Shown in pieces: positions 46,326 through 56,432 of a DNA stretch of 64,000 bases; position 1 is the first letter of the stretch; each line of letters starts with the position of its first letter. Location of the stretch: sequence record NC_031043.1; one strand, 5' to 3'. The notes under the pieces were generated by a model. The model was given only the letters and a program-made list of their open reading frames with translations, made no database searches and had not been told where the DNA came from. Position numbers and translations under genes: made by a program.

Positions 46326-49237
46326 TTGTCGTGACGATTGTAGGAAAGTACCACGTCATCTTTCAGACCGATACTGCCGTCTGGTTCGATTTCGAGTTTC
46401 TTGCCTAAGGTAGCACGGGCTGCAGGACTCAGTACCGTAAAGATACGCATGTCCTTATCCACACCCATCCCTTCCATCTCTACGGAGATAATGGAGTCCT
46501 TCAACGTTTCTTTCAGGGCTTCAGTAATGTCCGAGGTGGAGATAGTCAGGTTGTTGGCCAACCAGTCGGTAATCACCAAACGGGTTTGCTCGCGGATAAC
46601 CTTAATCAGGTCGGTGTTCTGACGATTCGCCGCGGTCAGGTAGTAGCCGAGTGTAAAGCGGTTCTCTGCTTTAATCGGGGCAATTGTACCATCACCTAAA
46701 CGGGCGTCAATGTAACCCATGGTCGTCTGCGGGATGAAGAACGCTTGCGTGTTCTCGAGCATCTCCAACTGAATTCCCGGAATCACGTCCGTTACCGTAT
46801 CCACTACAAAGGCAGCAACCTTCTCCCGGTAAGTCCTGACTTCTTTCGTTGTCGAGAACAGATAACGGGCATCGAACACCCCCATCTCACAACGGAACTT
46901 GATTTTACGAGGGTTCGCAATAATCGAGTTACCTTGGGCGTCTTTCATCAAAGACCCGGCTTCAAACTTCACAATCTGCTTGCCGGTGACAGGGTCGAGT
47001 TTAGGGTCGCCTTTACGGTGCAGGTATTCCCAGACAATTGGCGGGTCTTGTGACTCATCAATCGTGTACTTCGGAACACCACGTTCGTTACGGTCGTAGA
47101 CGTCATCTTCCCACACAGCCATCACATCCGAGGTGTAGCGCATGTAGTTAATGCTGTCAGTCACCGCACGAGACTTACGCCAGTAACCGGACAAGGCTTT
47201 ACCCAAGACCAGTTCCAGGGTTTCGTGGGTGATACCAATCGCATCACGTACCGGAGGCGTAATAAAGGTGTCCAGCTCAGCACGCTCGTAATCCCGAGGG
47301 AAGTAGTTCGAGCAGCCGTAGAACACGTTCATGTCCACACCCAACGCAATTGGCAACAGTAAGGTGTTGTCGCCCACTTTGAAGTTGGTGAGAATCATCT
47401 CATCGTTACGGTCAACGTCGAGGTTCGTCTCAATCTCAAATTCAAAGACACGTTCATCATCCAGATAACCAACCATCGTACCGTTCACGTAAGCGCGGTC
47501 AGCCGCGTAGCCACGAGGGACAAAGGAAATCTGTGCCCAGCATTGGTCATCCGCTAATGCTTTGTACGCTTCAGAAGAACGAGTGACCACCCGCAGCTTA
47601 TAGCCGGTTTCCGTCCGCACGATTTCATAGTTGTCAGTGACAACCTGAAGTTCTGTGGTGGAGTTGGTTGACATAAAGCGTTTGGAGATAATCGCCGGTT
47701 TCGACAGCTGATACACACGCACGTCTAAAGCATCGTTGTTACGGTCAACCACGTAATGGAACGGGGTATAGAAGTAACTGGATGCGTTGGCCATGGCTAC
47801 CAAGTCACGGTTCGACAGGTAACGTTGGCCTTCGGTCATGGTCGGGTCAACAAACAGGCTGGTACCATCAGAGCGATAAATGGTTTCCGGCAGGATGGTG
47901 GCACGATTACCGTTAAACCGCACGGTGGATAAAGCCGCCAGCTCTTCCCACGTAAAGTACATCGGGGCAGAGAGCGTACCAATCGGTGAACTCACGTCTT
48001 TCAGTGTCGAGTCCGGCATTGGGGCAGACAGATGATACGTACGGTTGGTCACGTAATCGATAGGTTTGGTCAAGCTTAACCCGTACGCTGTTACCGCTGC
48101 AGCTAACTGCGCCTCACTGATAGGTTGCTTACGCGCCCCTACCGAGTTGGAGATAACGCGGTCACGGAACTCTTCGAGGGTTAACGGGTTACGACCACCC
48201 ACTGTCAGGTTAGAACCTAACACGCGCCTCACAGAGAGCATCTTAAACGGGTTGGAGTACGTTGGGTCAGTCTCTTCGTTTAAGTCCGCCATGAACATCT
48301 GGAAGTCGTCTGCGGGGTAGTTCGCCAAATCCACTGACAACGGGCCCAATGTGGTGTAGACATCCACGCGGATATCCCCCGACACTAGCCCACTGTTAAT
48401 GTACACCTCAGGAATCTTCACCCCTAAGACCTGTGTACCCAGCGCCATCACCGCGGTCGGGATGTTCGGGTCGTACACTTCTTTCGAGAAGGTCTGAGCC
48501 AGTTCCGTCCATTTGTTCGCGGTACGGGAGTTGCGCATCCAGACACGGGCATAGAAGAACTTGTTGGTGAATGGGTAGTTCTTCTTCCAACCGGTCTTCG
48601 GTAAGATAACGTCGGTCGCAGTGGTAATCGCATACTGCATCAGCGGTAAGGTGATACGCAGCATGGACGTGCCGTTGTCCGCCGTGGTCAGTACCCAGTC
48701 CAAGGCGTTCGTGGCAATTTCTTTCACCGGGTTCTCTGGTGACGTTACCCACAATACCTCAAACGAGTCAAACGGCAGCACCTGTATCTCAATGGCATAC
48801 TGCAGCGTGAACGTGTATCCCGCCACCTTGACGTACGAGTCACGAGGGATGATGATACGGCGAGTACCAGCACTGACCAACGGCATCGCTTTAGCGCGAA
48901 CCGAGTCTACATCCACGTAAAGATACATTTCAGTAGTCGAAGGCTGGGAGAAGATGTCTACTGCGTCACGGTCGGACATGTGGCGGTACAGGTCATCCCA
49001 CGTCAGGGCCATCGAGGCATACATCTTCGGCAGTAACTGCCGCCCACCTTCGATAGTGGAGTGGGCTAGCATCACGCCCATCTCTGCAATATACGCTACC
49101 GGGTCAGTGGGGTCGGCTAAGGTCATGTTCGGCTTGTTAAGCGATTGACGCAACGTGTTCAACGCCAACGATTGCATTAATGCCGGGTTATGTGCGACGG
49201 TCAGGATTTTACCTGACAAGTCCTGAACTGTTTCCAT
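46316..49237 (-). CDS. baseplate wedge protein, T4 gp6/BaseplateJ-like (phiKZ gp87-like)
   Basis: 973 aa; VGGRNPLTLEEFRDRV resembles the BplJ GG.d.Es.ee.R.R motif; synteny. Confidence 0.65.
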   Translation of the reverse strand: METVQDLSGKILTVAHNPALMQSLALNTLRQSLNKPNMTLADPTDPVAYIAEMGVMLAHSTIEGGRQLLPKMYASMALTWDDLYRHMSDRDAVDIFSQPSTTEMYLYVDVDSVRAKAMPLVSAGTRRIIIPRDSYVKVAGYTFTLQYAIEIQVLPFDSFEVLWVTSPENPVKEIATNALDWVLTTADNGTSMLRITLPLMQYAITTATDVILPKTGWKKNYPFTNKFFYARVWMRNSRTANKWTELAQTFSKEVYDPNIPTAVMALGTQVLGVKIPEVYINSGLVSGDIRVDVYTTLGPLSVDLANYPADDFQMFMADLNEETDPTYSNPFKMLSVRRVLGSNLTVGGRNPLTLEEFRDRVISNSVGARKQPISEAQLAAAVTAYGLSLTKPIDYVTNRTYHLSAPMPDSTLKDVSSPIGTLSAPMYFTWEELAALSTVRFNGNRATILPETIYRSDGTSLFVDPTMTEGQRYLSNRDLVAMANASSYFYTPFHYVVDRNNDALDVRVYQLSKPAIISKRFMSTNSTTELQVVTDNYEIVRTETGYKLRVVTRSSEAYKALADDQCWAQISFVPRGYAADRAYVNGTMVGYLDDERVFEFEIETNLDVDRNDEMILTNFKVGDNTLLLPIALGVDMNVFYGCSNYFPRDYERAELDTFITPPVRDAIGITHETLELVLGKALSGYWRKSRAVTDSINYMRYTSDVMAVWEDDVYDRNERGVPKYTIDESQDPPIVWEYLHRKGDPKLDPVTGKQIVKFEAGSLMKDAQGNSIIANPRKIKFRCEMGVFDARYLFSTTKEVRTYREKVAAFVVDTVTDVIPGIQLEMLENTQAFFIPQTTMGYIDARLGDGTIAPIKAENRFTLGYYLTAANRQNTDLIKVIREQTRLVITDWLANNLTISTSDITEALKETLKDSIISVEMEGMGVDKDMRIFTVLSPAARATLGKKLEIEPDGSIGLKDDVVLSYNRHDKTK

Positions 49238-50454
49238 TATAAAAGCCCTGCTTTGGTCATAACGAATTCATAATCGGTCTGATAGACCCACCACGAAAGT
49301 TTACGACGGATGGTATCGATGTGCGGGTAGCCGTAATAGTTGAATAACGGCAACTCATGAACTTCCAGCTGACGCAGGAAGGACGCACCCAATGGCATGA
49401 ACTCATCAAAGTTCGGGTCCGGAATCATGTCCGGGTTAAAGATAGCAACCGTGCGGTTAAACATATCCATGTACAGCGGGTCATCGTAACGTGCCCCAAT
49501 CATCTGCCATTGAATGGTGATGGTGGTGTCATCGTTAAGCTGCGGCTTGGTGTTGTCTACCGAAGCCATAGCACCGGCGTTGTTGTTGGTTGGCCACATG
49601 ACACAGCCACAAACAAAACGCTGAATGTTACCCAGTGAGTCGTACTTAATAGAGTAGACACGTGACTGGTAATCAATACGACGCTGTACGGAGTTAATGA
49701 TACGCGGTTTAAACTTCCCTTTACGTACCCCTGCCATATACTCGAGCCATACCGTCATCATCTTCATAATCGGGTTACCGACCATGTTGTTGAAGGTGGT
49801 AGAACCGCTATAAGCGTAGTTCACGTCCCACGTGGAATCGACGATACCCCACTGCTCACGTTCGATACCTTCATTCGATAACCAGCTGTCCACTGAGTTG
49901 TCAGGCGGACCACTGAAACTGACCAGAGAAGAAGTCAGTAATGGTATGAAAGCCTGCAAGTTATCAAACGGTACTTCTTGGCGGAACGGTTTACCCAAGG
50001 CTGGCGTGTCATTGGGAGCAAAGCCAAAGGGGAACAGTGGGTCAAGTGCGGCCAGAATCGAGTAGTCCAGTGACGAGGTGTCTTGGGCAACCATATTGGC
50101 GAAGCGTCGGGATTGGGCAATGTTGTTGAAGTCGAGGTTACAATCTGGCCTCACCATGAAGGTTAACCCGCCATACTCCCTGTTTACCGGGAGCGGGTTG
50201 TTAGCCATTCTATGGTTGAACCCCATTAAGGGGTTAGTGAGCTTTTGAGCTGCCAATCCCCCCGAGTGCGACAACCCAATGCGGTCTTTCCACATGGTCA
50301 ACTCGTCATTGAGATTGTACGGAGCTACGGGGTTGGTCGTAGACGTACGACTTTCTAAATAGCTCGCGAGGGAAGGGACTTCGGCATCATCCTGTGCTTC
50401 CGCAGTCTGCGCCCTTAACGCTTCAATCTCTGCCTGTTTACTATAATCGGCCAT
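49237..50454 (-). CDS. tube-fold baseplate/tail-tube initiator protein (T4 gp48/gp54-like; phiKZ gp88-like)
   Basis: ATG 50454; TFNN...WLEYM...Y...WPT...ITIQW pattern of the gp19/gp54 fold, by eye. Confidence 0.55.
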   Translation of the reverse strand: MADYSKQAEIEALRAQTAEAQDDAEVPSLASYLESRTSTTNPVAPYNLNDELTMWKDRIGLSHSGGLAAQKLTNPLMGFNHRMANNPLPVNREYGGLTFMVRPDCNLDFNNIAQSRRFANMVAQDTSSLDYSILAALDPLFPFGFAPNDTPALGKPFRQEVPFDNLQAFIPLLTSSLVSFSGPPDNSVDSWLSNEGIEREQWGIVDSTWDVNYAYSGSTTFNNMVGNPIMKMMTVWLEYMAGVRKGKFKPRIINSVQRRIDYQSRVYSIKYDSLGNIQRFVCGCVMWPTNNNAGAMASVDNTKPQLNDDTTITIQWQMIGARYDDPLYMDMFNRTVAIFNPDMIPDPNFDEFMPLGASFLRQLEVHELPLFNYYGYPHIDTIRRKLSWWVYQTDYEFVMTKAGLL

Positions 50455-50477
50455 TTTCAACTCCGGAGTTTAAAATG
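50452..50477. repeat. 26-bp near-perfect palindrome carrying both divergent start codons and SDs
   Basis: CATTTTCAACTCC|GGAGTTTAAAATG; 12 of 13 pairs complementary. Confidence 0.9.
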
Positions 50478-51623
50478 AAAAAAGATGTCGAGACGACACT
50501 CGTCTCTTTCTTATCAAAGTTCCCTGATTTCATCAGGCAGCGCCACGATAGTCTCGAAGAGTTCAACGCTCAGTTGTACAATGAGTATCTGACGATGGTC
50601 GAGCAGAAGCTGGTCTCTCTGGATTATCTTCCAGGGGTGTTGGATTCCGTATTAACCTTACTGGCCGGTAACCAGTTGACAGCGATGTCGCTGCTGGTTG
50701 GCGTGCCTGACGTGGATATCCTGGGAACGCTGGATAAAATCTCTACTAAGCGCTCACCGCTTGACGCGGCCGCACGTACCGGTTCCCGCTTAGGTGCCGC
50801 GTTTGCCGCTGGCGAATCTACCCGTCTGGGACTGCCGTCATACGATAACCTCGTCCCTGCCGTGTCCGACCTGTATCAGCCACGCCGCGTTGCCCGTGAG
50901 TCCACCGAGAACCTCGAAGACGTTCTGCTGGGTATGGATAAAACAGCCAACGTCGGCCTCGGCAAAGACAGCCTGAAACAGATTAGCGAGCAGGACAAAC
51001 TGTCCACCGGTAAAATGTTCTCCGCCGTCTTTGAACGCGACGGTAATAAAGCTGAACTGATGCTGCGCGTGCGCTTGGCGGTTAAGTCCGCACCAACGGC
51101 CGCAATGAAAACCTTTATTGCTTTCAGCGACCAAACCAAAACTTTCTCAGAGCGTCTGATTAAAGCATCTGTGGGTAGCCTCGGTTACGCCAAAGATATC
51201 TTCTTCTCAAACGATCTGATTGAAGAGTATCGTAAAAACCGTTATCGCGATAAGACCGGCTACTATAAGCAGCTGATGGACCGTCGTAATGGTAACTGGC
51301 TGTCTGGCCTGTTGAGCTTCTCTCCGTCTATCAACAACGCCTCGGCGGTGATGGTGGTCTCTCGTGAGTCTCTCGATGAGCTGACTGCAGAACTGGGTGG
51401 GGACTTCGACGATTTCGCTATACGTCAACGTGTGTTCCACGATACCCTGACGGTGTATTACGTGGTTATCGATACTCAGTGGAACCGTGTTGTCATCTAT
51501 ACCCGTGGTATGGACGGTTCTATGGAACTCGATAAAGGGGACTTCGCGAAATCCAGTAAAGGCGGCTCTAACGTCAACTCGATTATCGAAGCGTATCGTT
51601 CCGGCGCACAACCGGTATTGTAA
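50475..51623 (+). CDS. internal head/inner-body protein (phiKZ gp89-like position)
   Basis: ATG 50475 with GGAG SD; AAGES and VARES processing motifs. Confidence 0.65.
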   Translation: MKKDVETTLVSFLSKFPDFIRQRHDSLEEFNAQLYNEYLTMVEQKLVSLDYLPGVLDSVLTLLAGNQLTAMSLLVGVPDVDILGTLDKISTKRSPLDAAARTGSRLGAAFAAGESTRLGLPSYDNLVPAVSDLYQPRRVARESTENLEDVLLGMDKTANVGLGKDSLKQISEQDKLSTGKMFSAVFERDGNKAELMLRVRLAVKSAPTAAMKTFIAFSDQTKTFSERLIKASVGSLGYAKDIFFSNDLIEEYRKNRYRDKTGYYKQLMDRRNGNWLSGLLSFSPSINNASAVMVVSRESLDELTAELGGDFDDFAIRQRVFHDTLTVYYVVIDTQWNRVVIYTRGMDGSMELDKGDFAKSSKGGSNVNSIIEAYRSGAQPVL

Positions 51624-51634
51624 GGGACGGTGAA

Positions 51635-52558
51635 ATGAATATCTCTAACGTAATTAGCACGATGCTGCCGAGCTTTGAAAGCTCGCAGTTAAAGGACAGC
51701 GTCCGCGATAACACTGCAGCGATTACCTCAGAACTGCTTCCGCAGTATATGACGTTGCAAGAAGTCGTCGGTACCAGCGAGTTTAAATCTGCAGATGTGA
51801 AGAAGATGTCGAAAGAGATCACTACGTATCTGCGTGAAACCAAACTCGAAATGAAAGGCCTGCATAACCCGAACATGCTCGACTATATTGTCGAAGTCAT
51901 GAAAAACATCGGTACCCTGCAGGGCTTCATTGTTGACCGCATCAACCAAGACATCGGCCGTAAGGTGATGACTGCCCAGCTCTCCTTTAATAAGCAGACG
52001 CTGTTGCACCTGGTTGACCTGATTGAGTTCTTCGGCCAATACAGCGCTACGCTGATTAACTGGCTGACTCATGAAGAACTGCAGTCAGTACATTCCGAAA
52101 TCAAAACCACGGGTGTGGCTCCAACTGACCTGAAATACCTGCAAATGCGTATGGCGACCTTCGCGGTAGCGGTGCGTATCCTGGGTACCCCGGTTAACAA
52201 GTTGAAAGCGGACTACGGTGAGATTCCGGATGCGGTGTTCACAGAAGATACCTTCTACGAACTGACCCGCACCTTCGGGCAGGAAAATACTGACCCGCTG
52301 GGGATGTCCTCCGTTCCGTTCCCGTTGTCTATCATTTACCGTATCCGTTTGAACATCGCGGAACGTCAGATGGACAATCTGGATGAAATCAGTACGACGG
52401 CCAAAGCCGTTGAATTACGTCTGGCGTTGTATCGTCGTCAGTTGGCCGAAGGCACCGGGGATGCGTACATCGAAGACATGATTGATGCGCAGGAAAAACG
52501 TTTGAATGATCTTAAATACAAACGTGAGCGCCTGGAGAAGAAATATGGATTACAGTAA
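51635..52558 (+). CDS. head structural protein (phiKZ gp90-like position)
   Basis: 307 aa; C-terminal coiled coil; head cluster. Confidence 0.6.
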   Translation: MNISNVISTMLPSFESSQLKDSVRDNTAAITSELLPQYMTLQEVVGTSEFKSADVKKMSKEITTYLRETKLEMKGLHNPNMLDYIVEVMKNIGTLQGFIVDRINQDIGRKVMTAQLSFNKQTLLHLVDLIEFFGQYSATLINWLTHEELQSVHSEIKTTGVAPTDLKYLQMRMATFAVAVRILGTPVNKLKADYGEIPDAVFTEDTFYELTRTFGQENTDPLGMSSVPFPLSIIYRIRLNIAERQMDNLDEISTTAKAVELRLALYRRQLAEGTGDAYIEDMIDAQEKRLNDLKYKRERLEKKYGLQ

Positions 52559-53087
52559 AGCTTGTCGTGTCATCGATGATTATATGGATAAGCTGGCTAA
52601 ATCCCCGCTTATGGTCCATGACGATAACGTGATTCACGGCGTCTTAGACGCTGCGGCTGTTGTTCTTCCTCGCTTCAAGCTAATGTGCGTTGAGATGGTC
52701 CAGAACGTATTATATGACGACTTCAAACAGTTGGGCTTTACGTTTAATTCGTTTTATAATGAAACGATGGCGTTTGTCCTCGACGGAAAGCGTCGTTCTA
52801 TGGGAACTGGCAATTATTCGTCCATCATTCAAGCTTACATGAACGATATTCGTAGCACGACCAGTGCAGAGGATTTCGGTAGCTTGGGTATGGCGATTCT
52901 GAACTCAACGTTCGGCCGGTCAGGCACGGTACGCTCAATGGGCCCGGTACATCAAACCATTGTGCCGGACGTCCGCGCATTATCTTATGCAGACCACGAA
53001 TTACTGGCACAATGGATAACGCGTGTAAACGGTCTTTCTGACATGATTACGACGTTATCTGTTTTCTTGAAGATCGCACGTCCCTAA
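52545..53087 (+). CDS. conserved probable virion protein
   Basis: ATG 52545 with GGAG SD. Confidence 0.65.
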   Translation: MDYSKACRVIDDYMDKLAKSPLMVHDDNVIHGVLDAAAVVLPRFKLMCVEMVQNVLYDDFKQLGFTFNSFYNETMAFVLDGKRRSMGTGNYSSIIQAYMNDIRSTTSAEDFGSLGMAILNSTFGRSGTVRSMGPVHQTIVPDVRALSYADHELLAQWITRVNGLSDMITTLSVFLKIARP

Positions 53088-53148
53088 TGGGGCCCCTTAT
53101 TGAGGGGCGTGTAGTTTACTTGGTTAACCAAAAACAGGAACCACAAAT

Positions 53149-54441
53149 ATGAACTTTATGCAAAAACGGGCAGCTCGCGAGTCCATCGAGAGTGAAGTCA
53201 CCGACGCTGGCCTGAGCAACATCTCTACTGGCGAAGACAACCTGGACGTCCAGTTGACCGAAGTAGCACCTCTGGACCAACAGTTCGACGCGCTGGCTTC
53301 CGATGGCGAAGTCCTGTCAGCCGATACTGAACGTACCGAAGCTGCGATCGACACTGCCGAAACTGCTCTTGGCGAAGGCGAAGAGATGAAGGAAGAAGAG
53401 ATCGCTCCACTGGTTGTTGCCGGTGAAAGCATCCGTCGTCGCTGGAACCTGGAAACTCCACAGGTTGCGCGTGAATCCTTCCGTCGTGGTCGTGGTCTGA
53501 CTCGTTCAGCTTGCGAAGGCTGGAAAGAGAACCTGAAAAAGCTGTGGCAGGCATTCATCGAAATGGTGAAAACTGTTATCCGCAAAGCAAAAGAGCTGAA
53601 GCTGAAATATTTCAACGTCGGCAAATCTGCTGTTAAGCGTGCGAAGGGCTACGAAGAAGCTCTGAAAAAGCTGGGCAGCAAAAAGAACAAAGATGAAATC
53701 TCCGGCGGCTTCGTTGACAAACTGTCTATCGAAGGCAAGTTCGACGCTGAAGCATCTGCCTCTATCGCTAAAGAAGCTTGCACTGGCAAAGCGAAAGAAG
53801 CGATCAGCAAACTGGCTCAGCAGGCTGACAAAGCGGCAATGTTCGTTGTGTCTGCATCTGAAGGCAACGAAGCGTCCTTCTCTGACCCAGCTGGCGGTAA
53901 CGTTGCGCTGTTCGGTACTGCGGGCACTAAACTGCGCGTACTGCCACAGTTCGACGATGCAACCGGTATCGACAAACTGCAAACCATCCATGCACTGCCG
54001 GGCAACGCCTACATCCAGTGTGCAAGCCGTAGCCTGTCTACTAAAGAAGGCGCTGGCGACCTGACCGTTGTTGCGTTCACCACTACTGGTGATGCGAACG
54101 ATGAGAAGGCTGTACCAACTCCGGATGCAGGTAAACTGCGCGCTGCAACTTCCAACCTGAAAGCGATCGGCGAAGGCTTCGAGAAAGTCCTGAAAGACTT
54201 CGATGCCTACGACAAAGAGCTGGAAAAACTGGAAAAAGCTGCTGATAAAGCATCTAAAGCTTTCGACAAAGCAACTGATGAAGGCGACCGTACTCTGCTG
54301 TCAAACGCACGTACTATCGCTGACCAGTCTGTTCGTAACTACCAGGCACTGAACCGCGGCGTACAGCACGTGGGTCGTACTGTTATTGCGGGCCTGTCTG
54401 GCTACATCGGTGCTGGTATCGGCGCTTACGGTAACAAGTAA
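53149..54441 (+). CDS. abundant internal head protein, phiKZ_IP/gp93 family (SPN3US gp53-like)
   Basis: Acidic propeptide with AARES, VAGES and VARES; paralog of the next gene; strong codon bias. Confidence 0.8.
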   Translation: MNFMQKRAARESIESEVTDAGLSNISTGEDNLDVQLTEVAPLDQQFDALASDGEVLSADTERTEAAIDTAETALGEGEEMKEEEIAPLVVAGESIRRRWNLETPQVARESFRRGRGLTRSACEGWKENLKKLWQAFIEMVKTVIRKAKELKLKYFNVGKSAVKRAKGYEEALKKLGSKKNKDEISGGFVDKLSIEGKFDAEASASIAKEACTGKAKEAISKLAQQADKAAMFVVSASEGNEASFSDPAGGNVALFGTAGTKLRVLPQFDDATGIDKLQTIHALPGNAYIQCASRSLSTKEGAGDLTVVAFTTTGDANDEKAVPTPDAGKLRAATSNLKAIGEGFEKVLKDFDAYDKELEKLEKAADKASKAFDKATDEGDRTLLSNARTIADQSVRNYQALNRGVQHVGRTVIAGLSGYIGAGIGAYGNK

Positions 54442-54483
54442 TCGTTTCGATTACCTGAGCAGAACCGTCCTATTTCATCAACG

Positions 54484-54500
54484 AGGGGTCATGGTGACCC
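54484..54500 (+). promoter_or_regulatory. 5'-UTR hairpin directly before the SD of the next gene
   Basis: GGGGTCA-TGG-TGACCCC with no T tract; AGAGGA follows. Confidence 0.4.
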
Positions 54501-54516
54501 CTTAGAGGAATCGATA

Positions 54517-55782
54517 ATGAATTTCATGCAACAACGTGCCGCTCGCGAATCTATCGCTGACGATGTGATTCTGGTTGACGCGGTTGACCTGCCACAGGAC
54601 TCCGTTGAAGGTATCCTGTCTGATGTACAGTCTGACACCAAGCAGATCGACAGCCTCGACGCTGACGCTCAGCTGATGGCTGAAGATGGTGACGAAACTG
54701 AAGCAACTCTGGGCGTGCTGGACGACGCACAGGCTGCAGCAGATGGCGCTGAGCCGGAAGACGGCGAAGACCCAATGGAAGTTGACGAAGACATGAGCGA
54801 CGAAGCGGCGAAAAACGTCGAAGTTGCGCAAGAGTCTATCCGTCGCCGTTGGTTCCCGCACAAAACTTCCGTAGCGCAGGAAAGCTTCGGTGCAACCCAC
54901 CGTCGTACTGCCGTGCGTGAATCCCTGTGGGATACCATCAAGCAGTTCCTGAAGAATGCGGTTGAGTGGATCAAAGCTCAGTTCCGTAAACTGAAAGACC
55001 GCTGGCTGAAATTCAGCAACAAAGGTAAATCCATCCAGAAGAAATCTAAAGCCTTCGATGCTGCCATTCGTAAGTTGGGCGCGAAGAAGAAAGAAGACAT
55101 CTCTGGTGCGTTTATCAAGCAGCTGTCTGAAGGTAAATCCTTCAAAGGCGAAGACACCGGTTATCTGAACGCTCAGCTGACTGGCGCTATCGCGTTCCAG
55201 AAAGCTCAGGGTGACATCCTCGAAGGTATGGCTGCGGTCATGTCTAAAGTTGATTCGTCTCCAAGCGCTGCAACCGTAAACACTCAGGTTGACGCTGTCA
55301 ACGCTGAATTCGGTCGCGACATCGGCGGTAGCCATTCAGTGATCGGCGGCAAGTTCGTTAAGATTGAAGCATCTGAATCTGACGGCGAGCTGGCAACTGT
55401 GTCTCTGGTTGACGACGAAGCAGAAGCGGCATCTGAAGTTAAGACTCCGTCTACTTCTACCATGCACAACGTGAACACCTTCTTCAACAAGCTGGGTATC
55501 GAAATCGAGAAACGCGTTAAAGCGTATCACGACAACGAGAAGAAAGCTGACAAATACCGTACCGGTATTGAGAAGATCCTGAAACGTGTTGACACCATCA
55601 AAGTGGGTGAAGACAAGGATCTGGAAGAAGCTGTGCGTAAACTGCGTGTGTCTATCAACGGCGCTAACTCCGCTGTCTCCTTCACCGAGCGTACTGTTGC
55701 TCACGTGCTGTCAACTCTGACTGCAGGTGTGAACGGCTTCCTGGGTGCTGCGATCGGCGCGTACGACAAATCCAAGTCTTAA
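54517..55782 (+). CDS. abundant internal head protein, phiKZ_IP/gp93 family (SPN3US gp54-like)
   Basis: MNFMQQRAARESI start nearly identical to the previous gene; VAQES x2 and AVRES. Confidence 0.8.
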   Translation: MNFMQQRAARESIADDVILVDAVDLPQDSVEGILSDVQSDTKQIDSLDADAQLMAEDGDETEATLGVLDDAQAAADGAEPEDGEDPMEVDEDMSDEAAKNVEVAQESIRRRWFPHKTSVAQESFGATHRRTAVRESLWDTIKQFLKNAVEWIKAQFRKLKDRWLKFSNKGKSIQKKSKAFDAAIRKLGAKKKEDISGAFIKQLSEGKSFKGEDTGYLNAQLTGAIAFQKAQGDILEGMAAVMSKVDSSPSAATVNTQVDAVNAEFGRDIGGSHSVIGGKFVKIEASESDGELATVSLVDDEAEAASEVKTPSTSTMHNVNTFFNKLGIEIEKRVKAYHDNEKKADKYRTGIEKILKRVDTIKVGEDKDLEEAVRKLRVSINGANSAVSFTERTVAHVLSTLTAGVNGFLGAAIGAYDKSKS

Positions 55783-55796
55783 TCGACCTGGTGAAT

Positions 55797-55836
55797 AACA
55801 AGGGGCCTTCGGGCCCCTTGTTGTTTTATTTTTTTA
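55797..55836 (+). terminator. intrinsic terminator
   Basis: AACAAGGGGCC-TTCG-GGCCCCTTGTT followed by a T tract. Confidence 0.9.
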
Positions 55837-55839
55837 CGG

Positions 55840-55851
55840 ATATATGTCATC
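55840..55851 (+). promoter_or_regulatory. early-type promoter ATATATGTCATC
   Basis: One mismatch to the 22955/28202 12-mer; precedes an accessory operon. Confidence 0.6.
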
Positions 55852-55881
55852 TTAATGATAAACCAATTGGAGAATTCAATT

Positions 55882-56370
55882 ATGTCCGTAAATAAAGAGT
55901 TTCACATCCTTGACCTTGTCGATGTTAAAGCGGTTGACTACGACAACAATGCACTGCAGTTAGTCTTCACCGGTAAACGTGAAGTCATCATTCCTAAATA
56001 CGTGGCTGAAGGCATCGTCACGTGGATGCTCGCTAACGAAGACCAGGGTGGTTACTATCCGCTGGTGTTCAACGGTTCTAAATTAACCGCTGGCCGTCCT
56101 CATCGCCATCGTCATGCGAACCACAAGGCACGACTGCGTAATGTGCGTTATTACTTCCGCGAGTGGTTTGCTTGTGAAGCAGAACTCAAACGTACTAAAA
56201 CCGAACATCCGGGAATTGCGATAGCAATGCCGGGCAGTACCATGCGTGTCAAGCGTGCTGGTACCCCGGGCTGGAATAACGGTTCTACCGACTGGTATCT
56301 GGAACAGCGTATCTGGTTCCCGGTCAACAATTTCGACCTGTCTCCTGAATTGAAGCCTGCAACTGTGTAG
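55882..56370 (+). CDS. hypothetical protein
   Basis: ATG 55882 with GGAG SD; basic RPHRHRHANHK segment. Confidence 0.75.
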   Translation: MSVNKEFHILDLVDVKAVDYDNNALQLVFTGKREVIIPKYVAEGIVTWMLANEDQGGYYPLVFNGSKLTAGRPHRHRHANHKARLRNVRYYFREWFACEAELKRTKTEHPGIAIAMPGSTMRVKRAGTPGWNNGSTDWYLEQRIWFPVNNFDLSPELKPATV

Positions 56371-56432
56371 GCCATTAAAGCACGGACGCTTTTTAAACCA
56401 ACGTTAACAAATCTATCCTAGAGGAATCATCC

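Noticed and set aside
53092-53131. Hairpin GCCCCT/AGGGGC and 12-bp palindrome TTGGTTAACCAA before the internal head gene
   Set aside because: No T tract and no second copy in the window, so no function can be supported
54502-55335. Long antisense ORFs opposite the internal head genes (also 53124, 53506, 40082, 34696, 43046)
   Set aside because: Same codon-bias shadow effect; fully nested opposite well-supported genes
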